Positions 25,192-37,200 of a stretch of DNA of 64,000 bases are shown piece after piece. Position numbers and translations under genes: made by a program. The notes under the pieces were generated by a model. It worked only from the letters and a program-made list of their open reading frames with translations. It was not told where the DNA came from and did no database searches. Position 1 is the first letter of the stretch. Every line of letters begins with the position of its first letter. Location of the stretch: the NCBI GenBank assembly GCA_965637545.1, contig OZ281500.1, forward strand, positions 24,738,001-24,802,000. Direction: 5' to 3'. The stretch comes from Phallusia mammillata. Its lineage: Eukaryota.

Positions 25192-28100
25192 ATGGAACCG
25201 ACCACTGAACAGTCGGTAAATTTGCCAGAGGACCTGACTTCTGATGCTGCAATAAACACGAAACAAATCACCACTGAAACACAATGTTGCGAAGATTCCA
25301 ACAAAACTGAAAACAATAAAGATGATTCTCGGCTGATTGGTCAAAGTCTTCAGAGGAATCGTGATGATGCTGAACAGTTAAATCCTGTTCTGGGTGAAAC
25401 TTTGCAGCAAATTGATAATATGACATTCTTAAATAGTAAAGACCAACATCCCTACCCACAATGTTACCATGACAACAGTCAATCTCCTCCCCTTGTCCAA
25501 GTTGGAGAAACTCCAAAGGAACAACCTAATGTTACTGATAATGTTTTACCTGCAGAAGATCTGGCCACCGCTCCAACTGCGGAGCAAGTCAAATTTGAGA
25601 TAGTTGATGAAGAAGTGGTAAACTTGCTGGACTCTGTTGTGAACCAAATTTGCTTAGTTGTTGTTGATGAAAAAGAAACAAAAGAAAAAGAAGTTGTTGT
25701 GAAGCCTGTAACAGTTGAAGTTAAATCGAAACCTGCTGGAGTAAGCCACACTGGAAGAGTGATTGATCCCATATGTCTACAGCAAAATATGTAAGAGCTA
25801 CTTTCAAAACTAAATTTAGTGGTTTTTATGCAGTTCAATCTCAGGAATTGTTATACCCAACCAAAATTAGGCATCTTCTGGGGAACTTAATGCTTTTTCC
25901 TGTCATAAACTTGGATCATCACTGGCCAATAGAAAAATAATTGCTATATCACTACTACTATGTTTGTTTAAAAGACATAAACAAATCATAAATGTACTGT
26001 GCACTGGTATACATTTCTGTAGTTTTAAGAAGTGATTTTTTTAGGGCCATTGTGTCCATAAGGTTTTTAATCTTCATGTAACTAATGCATGGGTTATTTC
26101 TATTTTCAGATTTTCTTCGATTGTTGCTGAGAACCTGGTTGAATATCAGTGGCCAGCCGACAGCTCGGGTGATTACTATATGCTACAAGAACAAGTCAGC
26201 ACTTTCTTAAGCATCACTTCATTCAAAAGAAAATATCCAGGTGAGTTTTGACTAAAAGATGTAACAGAAAGCAGCAAATAACAGATGTTCATAGAATGAG
26301 CTAATGAACTTTTCGACTGGATTTAATTTTTTGTTTTTGAAATTCAGAAATTCAGCGTCGCAAACTTGACCCTGCTGAGGTGAACCACTTGTTAGCTGGA
26401 CATTTTATAAGCGAAGTCCAAGTCACCTTGGGTAAGTTGATATTATTACTATTACACAGTCATTGCTTAATAAAAGAACGAAACATAATCATCAAAAATG
26501 AAAATAAAAACTTGTTGTTTGTTTATCCACTATGGTTTTTTTGTATTATTTTGCAATGATGTTTTCAGGACTTACTGCGCTGAAGAGTTCTGATGTTTGT
26601 GACATGATGGCAAAAGAATATCCAGAAAAATACAACGAGTATCAGTTGGTGATGCAGGAGCGAGAAAAACAAAAGCTGCAAAACAAATACAAGGAATATG
26701 CGTCGGTAATTGTTGGCCAAGAACACTATTTTTTTAAACTTTGGGATGAATCTAACTTTTCAAGTAATGCAAACCCCCAAATAGAATGATTTGCAAAGTT
26801 GTGTTTTCTTTAAACATGCTCTGTGGTTAAATTTTCTGACGCGTTATTGTCTGATGGGTTTTAAGTGGCTTCTAATATGTGTATATGATACCAATGATTT
26901 TTTTACTAAAGGAGGATAAAAGGTTAAACAGAAAGTCAAAATCAGTTGTTGTTTGGGATGTCTTTCAATGTGTTGTTTGTTTGTAGTCAAGCGTTCAAGT
27001 TGAAAAGTCGCAGATGCCGGGATATTTGAAGAAAGCAATGAAACAAGCTGCTGCGTACAACGCGAGTCTCAACAGACAGCGAAGGGATGAATTTGCTGCT
27101 TATTACGACATGCAAACTAATGTAGGTGGAATTGTAAAGTGTAGGTAACAACTGACCATTAAGTAATGAAGGAAATAATTAATTTTTGTTTAGTTTGAAG
27201 TTATACATTGCTGGACAAAATGTTATTTAACCAAATATTTTGTGTGTTGCTGCTTTGTTGTTTATATAAATTTTGTCTTAGCTCTTAAAGATACTCATGC
27301 TCAAAACATCTTAAAACATATGCGGATTTAAAGTCTTAAAAGAGACTATATTTTGCATTGTGTTATTGACAGTTTTTCATGAGTTTTCAGAAAACAGCTT
27401 TTCTAGCTTTAAACATTGGTGTCGAGTGTCGACTACACCATCATTCTTGAGTTTACAAACACATTATTTTCCAAGAAAGCATCTGCAAACAACTGTATTG
27501 CTAAATTGTCACTACTTTTGTAAAAGTTACACTTCTTTACAATGTCATGTTACAAAATGTGCAGTGATTTAATCAGACCAATTGTGAAATAAACTAAAAA
27601 AAAACTCTAAAACAAAATGTGCAAAAACAATTGAAATTTTGATTATTTGATTTTTACTTCAGTTTAATTCCATTCAGGTTCTTCAATACCCGAGAAACAA
27701 AGTTCGCAAACTTGACCCTGAATTGACGAGACCGAGTTTGTATCCATGTGCGTTGATCCCTGGGCAGTTTCAGGAATATTACAAAACGTAAATAAGATTA
27801 TAAAAGTATAAGACTTTGAAAATTTCAAATTTGGGAATTCGATTATAGCAGGGGTTCCCAACCTTTTTATGACCCCGTACCACCTGGACGCTCTGCACTG
27901 CCACGCGTACCACCATAGAGCACTAATGTGCTCTACAGTGCTCCATGGCAGGGGTCCGCAAATACTTTTTGACGCGACCCTAAAAAATTTGCTCTAAATT
28001 CTCGCGACCCAAGCATTTTGTTAGCATGTAAGTTTGTGGAAAATACTAAACAACTAAATATCAATGTTAAGACTAGTATTATGCTATTGTTAGTTGATAT

Positions 28101-31100
28101 TTTCACATAAAACAGTAGGTAAACGAACGTATTTATTCTAACAAATAAGAACCGCATCCTTGCACAGGTGCGCTTATCTTGTTGCATTCTTACATAGACT
28201 GTATGTAACAGTTACGTAGTCATACGTAACAATGTAAAAATTAATCAAAAGGTCGGAAAAAGCCGAAGTTCATTAATACTGTAGATGAGACGCTTATATT
28301 CATATTATATTCATGGTAAATAAAATATTTCGCGACCCAGACTGGAAGGTCTCGCGACCCACTATTTGCGGACCCCTGCTCTATGGTACCACTTCTTGCA
28401 GAACAACTAATTTGTTTGAATCATATTTCATTCAACGCTATCTTAAGCACCAAAACAGTAGATATATCTATCAAGAGCAATCATTTGACATAATTAACGC
28501 CCACTGTGCCACAGCGTTGTTCGGCTTTTCATAGCAAGTAGCAACTATGCTTTTTGTTGAGAATTGACATGACCTGTATTTTGAAGATCGTAATGATACG
28601 AAACAACAGGAATAGTTACGTAACAATGACAATAGGCCTGGGGACTGTTTTTTTGTAAACAAAACCAGACAAACAAAATATAAAGTTGCAAATTGAGGTT
28701 TTTGTGAACAAAACAGAAGCTACTCGCGTACCACCTGAAAACCCTTCGCGTACCACTAGTGGTACGCGTACCACCGGTTGGGAACCCCTGGATTATAGGA
28801 TGAAAATAAAAAAAGCATCCATACTTTCTTTAATGTGGTGAAAACAATTTACTCCTAAGTAATGATTTTTTTATGTTCAGTTATACGCGAAATGATATGA
28901 TGTTTATGCCAATGACAACTGCACTGTATGGACCCCCTCATCCTAATGAACCAATCAACGACATCGAAAGTTCAGGATCTGAAGTAGACTCGGTTTGTTC
29001 GCAATAAAATAGAAATGTTTTATGTTTCTGTAATGTAGAAAAAATTCAGACAAAGTTGATTTCGATTAATACTCCCTAAAATTTCTTCTGATATATATAT
29101 GGCTTTTTTTAGTTGTTTGCTACATCCATCCCTGCACATTAACTGTAAGGTTTCTATAGTTGTATAAAATGCTTATGCAGCATTATTCCCTTGTTATCTG
29201 GTTAACAACAAGAAATATCAGGATGTGGGACAGAAAAATATTCTTCTGTTGATGGTTTCAACCCTAGTGGTAAAATTCCTTACATGGTTTCTCTGGAACT
29301 CTCTCATTGAGCTCATTGTCCAAACCCCCAGTCTGGAACTACTAAATTAAAGATTTTGCAAATTTTTAGTAAATAATTCAAACTTTGGCCAGTAGCCTGA
29401 TGTAGTGATCAGGTTTTGCGTTTTTTTATACGGTGACATAAAATGTGTTTTACCAGGAACCAGATTCTGTGACTACTTTGTCATCGGTCCCTCACAGCAT
29501 TCGATCAATTTCTTCTGCAAAACCCAAGGATCGATCGGGTAAAGTTTGGAATTGGCTTCATATGTCATGATTACAGTTTGTAATTTGAGTTGTTCAACAG
29601 TTTCTGCACGATCGTCGATCGCTGGAGACATTCAACCGATGGAAACAAACCAAAAAGAAACAAATCAAGAGGAGGGAGGCGAAAATGATGAGAGTGAGAA
29701 TGAAGAATCGGTAAGGAACACTATACACATACTTGGAAGAGAAATTTAATCATAAACATAACTGCCAAAGAACTTGTGTATATAGAATACATTATAGTAC
29801 AGATGTTTTAACAATCACGGTTGTCACCAGTATTCTTTATGCAGTAATTTAGGTAAACCTGCACTGATATTGACAACAGTGGTTGTTGAAACGCCTGCAT
29901 AATGTATTCCATATAAGTTCTTTGGCAGTTATGTTTAAAGAATCGGTAAATAATAAAAATTTGAGAAGACCTGGTCCTGGTTAATAGCATGAAATTGTCT
30001 CTGCACCAATGTATGTCTGTATTGTGACAGTAGTAAGTGCTGTTAGATGGAAAACAGGCTTTGCATGCTAAAGCTGGCATAGCAGAAAACCCACAAGCTG
30101 TGTTTTAAATTTTAGCTAATGCTCACATGTGTTTAAGTTTATGCATTTGTTATTGTAAACCTCTTTTCCTTCGTTTAATTTCAGGGTCCGTTTAATCCCA
30201 TTTGTGGTATTTGTGGGAAAGATGAGACGTGCAATAAAAAGGATGAGCCGGAAGATCTAATAAAATGTTCACAATGTGACAATCACGGTGGGTGAAATAT
30301 CAAATAACTTCTGGTTTGTCAAACTGCCTCTGGTAACCAGCAATACAAAGATTTTGTCAATAAAAGTCTGACCATTATTTACATGTATTGCACACTTTTT
30401 TGTATTTTAGTCATCAAAATTAGTCATCTTCACAAATTAACATATTATTAAATGTGTAATATTAAATTACTCCCGGTTTATTATAACCTTTGGTGAACTG
30501 GAAATCATAACCAGAAATATCAAACATATTGTCAATAAAAGTCTGACCATTATTTCAATGTGTTGCATAGTTTGTAAATTATCAGTTGTGTTTATAAAGG
30601 CTTTTGTGGATTATTACAGTGTGTTGCAATTTTAAAATTACCAGTCAGCTTTACGAATGCTTTTGCGGATAGGCCACCCGACATGTTTGGAGATGTCTTC
30701 AGACTTGGTATCTGTAATTCTGACGTACAACTGGCAATGTATGGAGTGCAAGACATGCACGATATGTAGCATGCCACATCGTGAAGATCTCATGATGTTT
30801 TGTGATCGATGTGACAGAGGTTACCACACTTTCTGTGTCAGTCTACGAGCTATTCCATCAGGTAAAACATCTGCTGCTGTGCCGATGTTTAGTATATTTT
30901 ATTGTAGAAAATTTGATGTAGTGTTCATGTTTTCAACAAAGGCTAAATAACAATGCTGCATGTTGTTAATTACAAACCCTCAGCGCCCAACCCGAATAGC
31001 TCTAACTGTTAACGCTTTCAAAAGTCTGCAAACTTATATTTTCGTAGTCGTGTGATACATGTGGTAGACCATGCGGTATCATTTGGTATTTAGTACCACC

Positions 31101-31889
31101 ACCAAATAACACTCTACTCTGTTGTGCTTTTTAACGTCTCCGCATTGTGCAGATATTTTGGAGTGGTGAATATTTTAGCAGATGTGTGTTGCCTTTGCAA
31201 ACTCAACTCAACCAAAACATATGTGCGTGACTGATTAAAACCACAAAAAACACACAAGGCTAGTCATTGTTCTTAGTTGATTTGTTGCAGTAAAATTTAC
31301 AACTCATTATTACATGTTAGTAGCAGCTGACATTTCCCAAATGAGGCAGAATCAATTTGCATGGAAGTCTAACATCTAGTTATTATTTGCACTCTGTGAT
31401 TTTCTAACTCTGTTTTATTTTGCAGGTGTTTGGGCTTGCTCCAGATGCACTCATGCCGATCCCGACTTCCTCAGAAGAAGAAGGAAGCAGCTGAAGCAGA
31501 TGTTGGGGATCAAGAGCACTCGTGGAAGAGGAGGGAGAAGGAGGGGAAGAGGAGGGAGAAGAGGAGAACCGAAAACAACGGTTGAAGTGGACATGGATGA
31601 CTCTGTCATGTCCATCGACAGCTTGGAGTCATCACAGCAGGGAAAAATAGATGAGGACTCCAACACAAGAGATGAGATCCCAAACACTGATACTCCACCT
31701 GTGGATGAGGAAGGGAACAGTTTGTTAGCCAATATTGATGACAATGCCCAACATGCAGATGTAGAGCAAGATCATGTTTTCCAAACACCAGAAAATAATG
31801 TTACATTAACTAGTGACACTCCAGTTGCCGACACAAAGCCAGCATTGCCAGAAACCGATTCTTCAGTTCAAAGTGTTACTTCTGAATGA
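25192..31889 (+). CDS. PHF10: PHD finger protein 10 (BAF45a, PBAF subunit)
   Basis: Multi-exon. [33 protein letters not shown] (26111-26240); double PHD fingers [24 protein letters not shown] and [43 protein letters not shown]; stop at 31889. Confidence 0.93.
27849..28790. mobile_element. hAT-type MITE (outer) in PHF10 intron
   Basis: TIRs CAGGGGTTCCCAACC / GGTTGGGAACCCCTG and perfect 8-bp TSD GATTATAG (27841-27848, 28791-28798). Confidence 0.92.
27949..28378. mobile_element. hAT-type MITE (inner, nested)
   Basis: TIRs CAGGGGTCCGCAAA / TTTGCGGACCCCTG and 8-bp TSD ctccatgg/ctctatgg. Confidence 0.88.
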
Positions 31890-32070
31890 AATTTGCAAAC
31901 CTTATGAGGAATGTTAAACTTTTCCAAACTCGTAGACAAAATTTGACTTTGTTCAGTTTTCCCAACTGCCAAATAAAACCTGCATTTACCAAAATACTTA
32001 GAAAAAACGGTTCAAAATAGATGCTTTATTGAACAAAAATAGGTGCACATTGAAAAGCATATATGTTGTG

Positions 32071-32718
32071 TCAATCTTTTCTTTTCAGTCGGTCCAAAGC
32101 AGGTTTACTAAAAAGTTTCTCAAATAAAGCTTGATTCCAAATAGTTCCGTATCGAAAGGAAATAAAAAAGAAAGTGGATGAATTGACCAACTGAAGCTTG
32201 ACCAGACGTTTAAGATAATTTTGAGTTGGATCATCTAACAATGGAATACTGCTCACTGGAACAGTTAGATCTTTGCGTTTGCCCCAAAATGACAAATAAG
32301 CAATTTTGACTAATTTCTTCTCTTCATTGTAAAAGACAAGTCCTATAAGTCTCCTTGTGACATATGAAAAGTACATCATCAAACCTGTTACAATGCCTCC
32401 AGCGATTGCAAAACTGTGAGCAGTGGGTGTATTTAGTTGTCCGGCAAAACTCAGTGCATAAGCAATTGGTGTGCAAGTGACAAAAAAACCTGTCTGATAT
32501 AATTTTATCCGCGAAAACACACGAACCCAATTGACAGGTTGGCATCGAAATACAACTTTAAAACCATCATGGCTCTCTCTTGGCATCACTTCATGTTTTT
32601 TGTAGGTTTTTTCTTCCATTTTGTAAGATTCGTGCTTCAAACATGCGGTTGTACTTAATAATCTTTTGCACAAGCTCAGATTTAAAGTTGTTAACTTACA
32701 AAAACTCCTAACCAACAT
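32071..32718 (-). CDS. TMEM186: Transmembrane protein 186 (mitochondrial complex I assembly factor family), intronless
   Basis: 215 aa with a mitochondrial presequence-like N-terminus and motifs FSRIKLYQT, two hydrophobic segments, RRLIGLVFYN and IAYLSFWGKRKD. Confidence 0.85.
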   Translation of the reverse strand: MLVRSFCKLTTLNLSLCKRLLSTTACLKHESYKMEEKTYKKHEVMPRESHDGFKVVFRCQPVNWVRVFSRIKLYQTGFFVTCTPIAYALSFAGQLNTPTAHSFAIAGGIVTGLMMYFSYVTRRLIGLVFYNEEKKLVKIAYLSFWGKRKDLTVPVSSIPLLDDPTQNYLKRLVKLQLVNSSTFFFISFRYGTIWNQALFEKLFSKPALDRLKRKD

Positions 32719-33038
32719 TATGGTTGTCTGCCTGAAAAGATTCTGGTGAATTTATAGGAAATTTATAACATAACAAGCGTATTTTATTGCGCATTGTATA
32801 TTTCAGTACTTTTAAGATAAATACAACATATATGGCACTTTTACACGACAGGAACTTTGAATTTGTTTTCGTCTTTGTTATTTAAACAAAACAATGGAAC
32901 AGACTTCACAATATTTTACCAAACTGAGTAATATTGAAATGAAAACATAACATGCAACAATGATTGTTTGACAGCAAAACAGGATTTCCTAAATATTGTA
33001 ACATTAACTAAAAAACTATGCTGATTGTATTGAAAAGT

Positions 33039-33488
33039 TTATTCATAAACCCAGTTTTGGCTGCATGAGGTCCACTCGTTAAGTTCGCACGGTTTGAACC
33101 ACAGCGCGATTTCTTTTTGAGCAGATTCCACTGCGTCTGATCCATGGCAGATGTTGCGACCAACCTGGATGCAATAATCTCCACGGATTGTTCCAGGAAG
33201 AGAATCTTTAGGATTGGTTTCACCGAGCATCTTTCGTCCCGTTGCAACCACATTTTCACCTTCCCATACCATCGCTACTACTGGGCCAGACGCCATATAT
33301 TTCACCAGACCGGGGAAAAATGGCTTCTTGGAAAGATCAGCGTAGTGAAGTTTTAGGTGATCTTCAGTTGCAATGGTTTGTTTCAACGCGACAAGTTTGA
33401 ATCCTTTTTCTTCGAATCGCTGGATAATTTTTCCCACCAGACCTCTTTGCACGCCATCAGGCTTAACTGCGATAAATGTACGTTCCAT
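33039..33488 (-). CDS. NME1/2: Nucleoside diphosphate kinase (group I, NME1/2-like), intronless
   Basis: [39 protein letters not shown], with the catalytic His motif. 149 aa from ATG 33488. Confidence 0.97.
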   Translation of the reverse strand: MERTFIAVKPDGVQRGLVGKIIQRFEEKGFKLVALKQTIATEDHLKLHYADLSKKPFFPGLVKYMASGPVVAMVWEGENVVATGRKMLGETNPKDSLPGTIRGDYCIQVGRNICHGSDAVESAQKEIALWFKPCELNEWTSCSQNWVYE

Positions 33489-34250
33489 TTTTTCGACAAC
33501 CGGTTCACTTTGCCAAACGCGAGAAAAAAATGAAAGTAAGGTGACGATCATTAATGGACACGAAGTTAGCTCCGAAAACCAACGTTCAAGTCTGAAGTGA
33601 AAATTTTCCACGTGGACAGCTGTAGGAAAAGTGAAAAGAGTTCACCTTGAGAAAAAAGCAAAGGAAATGAAAATATCCTCACCTACACAATCCTTTTTTT
33701 GAAAAAAAAGAAAACCTTTTTTAAAATTATATTTAAATGCACAATGATAAAATTGTAAAAGTTTATTTTTCGATGCTGGAATATATACAAATTTACCCGT
33801 TTCCATTTTATTTTTGTTCAGCGAGAAAAGATAAATAAGTCGGGGAAACACCATTATGACGAAAGAAAAACTTCTGGAATTAGTGCGAAAACCATAATAT
33901 AGCTTCTCATTAATTTTTACGCTTGGATGTAGTAAAAAAACCTTGAAAGCAGATCGTGATTCTAAGTTTGTTTCCAGATTAAACAATTTAAATTATCCTT
34001 TATTCTTATGAATAAAACATTTGTATAACAATAATAAGTGTTCAAATAAGGCAAAAAAATTACTGGTACAGGTAAACATTAATGTGGTAATGCAAAAGAA
34101 ATGCGTCGTTTCGGACGTAAACAATTTGGTTTAAGTTCAGCTGTTCAGTGAAAGACTGAGCTGAAGTTTGATTTTGACTTTGCAATTACAACCATAACTA
34201 CGTAACAAGGTGTACAGTTGAGCAGTTGTTTAGATTTGACAGTAAACATA

Positions 34251-37200
34251 ATGAACGAAAATGGTCTTCAAACTGTGTTACGATACAAAACGAGATTGGA
34301 CCCCCAAACTGAAACAAAAAAGGTATTTTGATTTATTACTGGCTGATTTAGTGCATTTAAAAAAAAACTGTGACAGTTAAAACATCTTGAATTTCATCAG
34401 TACTAGGTTGTGTGTTTTGTTTCAGATTGTTCGTGCTTTACAAAAGCTCAGTGAAGTTGAAATGACAATCGACATTTTGCAGGTTTGTCTGAAAATTGCC
34501 CAGATTTTTTGCTGTAAGCTACAAGTAAAATATTATGGAATTAAATATGCAATTAAAAGGATTTGTATTTTGTTAGCCCAGTTTTGCTCTGTATGAATTA
34601 ACATATATATGATATCTTTACAATATAAAGTTGTTAATTTTTCCCGATATTTTGTACTGTAAGTTAGTAATAAAATTTACAAAATTTTGTGGTATTTGAT
34701 GCACTTTTAAAAAGCAATTGAATTTTTGTTGGATTTATTAATTAAAGTTACATCTGATTACAACATTGCTGTTGAGATCAAAAATTCATGAACATGTAAA
34801 AAATTCAGGAGACAGGAATTGGGAAAGTTGTGAACAATTTGAGAAAACATGATGAAGTTGGAGGTTTTGCGAAGGAACTTGTGTCGTCGTGGAAACAACT
34901 TCTGTCAAATAAACCTTCGAGCAAACACAACTCTCCAAATAAATACCAAAGTTCGACGTCAAGTCTGCAGAATGCAAATAACGATGAATATGACCCTTCG
35001 GGGAATTGGGAGATGAAGAAACAAAAGGAAAAGGTATTGTGAAAAATATTTATATTTTTGTGTCTATGTAGGCTGTAGACAGTGCATGCTGTTTCAACCT
35101 ATAAAGTCTCATCAGCGCAGCTAGTGGTGAGAGTAACTGTCTGCCGCTTATCATGTATTGGCTTGATGATTTTTACATGTCTGTCTTGGTTTTGTGAATA
35201 ACCTACCAAATTTTCCTTTTTTAGAAAAAGAAGTTAAAATATTCAAGTGAAAGTGAAGAATATGATCCGACTCAAAACTGGAAAATGGACAAGGTAAAGA
35301 TTTTACTTTTGTGGAGATAAAACATCCAAATTGCTTTTATGGTCTGAAAGCAAAAAAATGCTTCTTATTTTTCCTGCAGTTTAGAATAAAGTTTCGGAAA
35401 CAGTAGAATTGCATTAGTTTAAAGAGATTAAAAAATATTGCTTGTGTTAAGTCTCCAAAGCTTCAAGTATTTTTACAATGTTCCATATATTTGGTGTGCT
35501 CATTTTAATTATATTGATTTTACTCAAAATGTTTATTTTTTTTTTTCTTTTTTTTTCTTTCATTTTTCTTCTCCCCAAAGTTTGTTCGACTCGTTTTTCC
35601 ATCAAATCCTTGATGGATTTGGATGAAATTTACACAGATGGTAGATGTAGTTATGTAGATGTGCATCCCACTTTGTTTTTGTTCATAACCCCGGTATTTA
35701 CCCCACTAGCCCCCTAAAATGGGTATTTTTCCCCCGAAGTTTGTCCGACTCGTTTTTCCATCAAATGTTTGATGGATTTGGCTGAAATTTACACAGATGG
35801 TAGATGTAGTTATGTAGATGTGCATCCCACTTTGTTTTTGTTGATAACCCCAGTATTTAATCCGCTAGCCCCCTAAAATGGGTATTTTCCCCCGAAGTTT
35901 GTCCGACTCGTTTTTCTATCAAATGTTTGATGGATTCAGCTGAAATTTACACAGACGGTAGATGTAGATGTGCATCCCACTTTATTTTTGTTTGATAACC
36001 CCAGTATTTACCCCGCTAGCCCCCTAAAATGTTTTTTTTTCCCGAAGTTTGTCTGACTCGTTTTGCCATTAAATGCTTGATGGATTTGGCTGAAACTTAT
36101 ACAGATGGTAGATGTAGCTATGTAGATGTGCATCCCACTTTGTTTTTGTTGATAACCCCAGTATTCACCCCGCTAGCCCCTTAAAATGGGTATTTTCCCC
36201 CGAAGTTTGTCCGACTCGTTTTTCTATCAAATGTTTTATGGATTCAGCTGAAATTTACACAGATGGTAGATGTAGTTATGTAGATGTGCATCCCACTTTG
36301 TTTTTGTTGATAACCCCAGTATTTACCCTGCTAGCCCCCTAAAATGTTTTTTTCCCCGAAGTTTGTCTGACTCGTTTTGCCATCAAATGCTTGATGGGTG
36401 TGGCTGTAACTTATACAGATGGTAGATATAGTTATGTAGATGTGCATCCCACTTTGTTTGTCCGGATTACCCTAGTATTTACCCCACTAGCCCCCTAAAA
36501 GGGGTGAGTTTATAAACAATGTCAGAATTGGCTAAAACTTGGACAGCTTGTAAAGTATGCCAATTATCGTTATTGCGTCATTGCAGTTCGGGGGTTGTTA
36601 ACAGCCCTTTGACGTCAGAAACATTAACAGTTGTTGCTCAAAACACATCTAGTGGTTGAAATTTTAAACGTTGGCAGATTGGACTGAAATTTTGCAGTAC
36701 TATTGATTGAGTCATTGTGGTTTCCTTCGTTTAAGTTTGTGTGTGTTGAACCTCAATTAGTTATCCTACTTACTCATTGTTATCTATTGAAATGCATTAT
36801 CTACAACTTTGCATGTGTGGGGACCCATGAGTTTTTGCTTGCAGAAACAACCAAGGTTATAAAAGACGATGGCTAATATAGGACCCAATATAAATAAGTG
36901 TAGGAAATCTATTAATGTTTCAAAATATGCTATAGCGTATATGCAAGGGCAATATGTGCTAAGCCACCCTTCTAGTTTTAAACAAAATTGTTTGAATTTT
37001 TAGTCAGATGAATATTCACCAGAATATCCACAAATTACAAAAACGATGAAAAAACAAAAACAAAAAGGTGACGAACAAAACAAATCTGATGTCTCACGTC
37101 ATCAACCAGCAAAAAATCAAAGCGACTTTCTTCCAAATGTCAGTGATTCTGATGAAGATAATTCAAGTAACGACGATCAAGTTGCTTCATATTTACCTTC

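Noticed and set aside
35575-36505. Regular repeats as a CRISPR array
   Set aside because: Eukaryotic context and full-length tandem units without unique spacers; this is a satellite.
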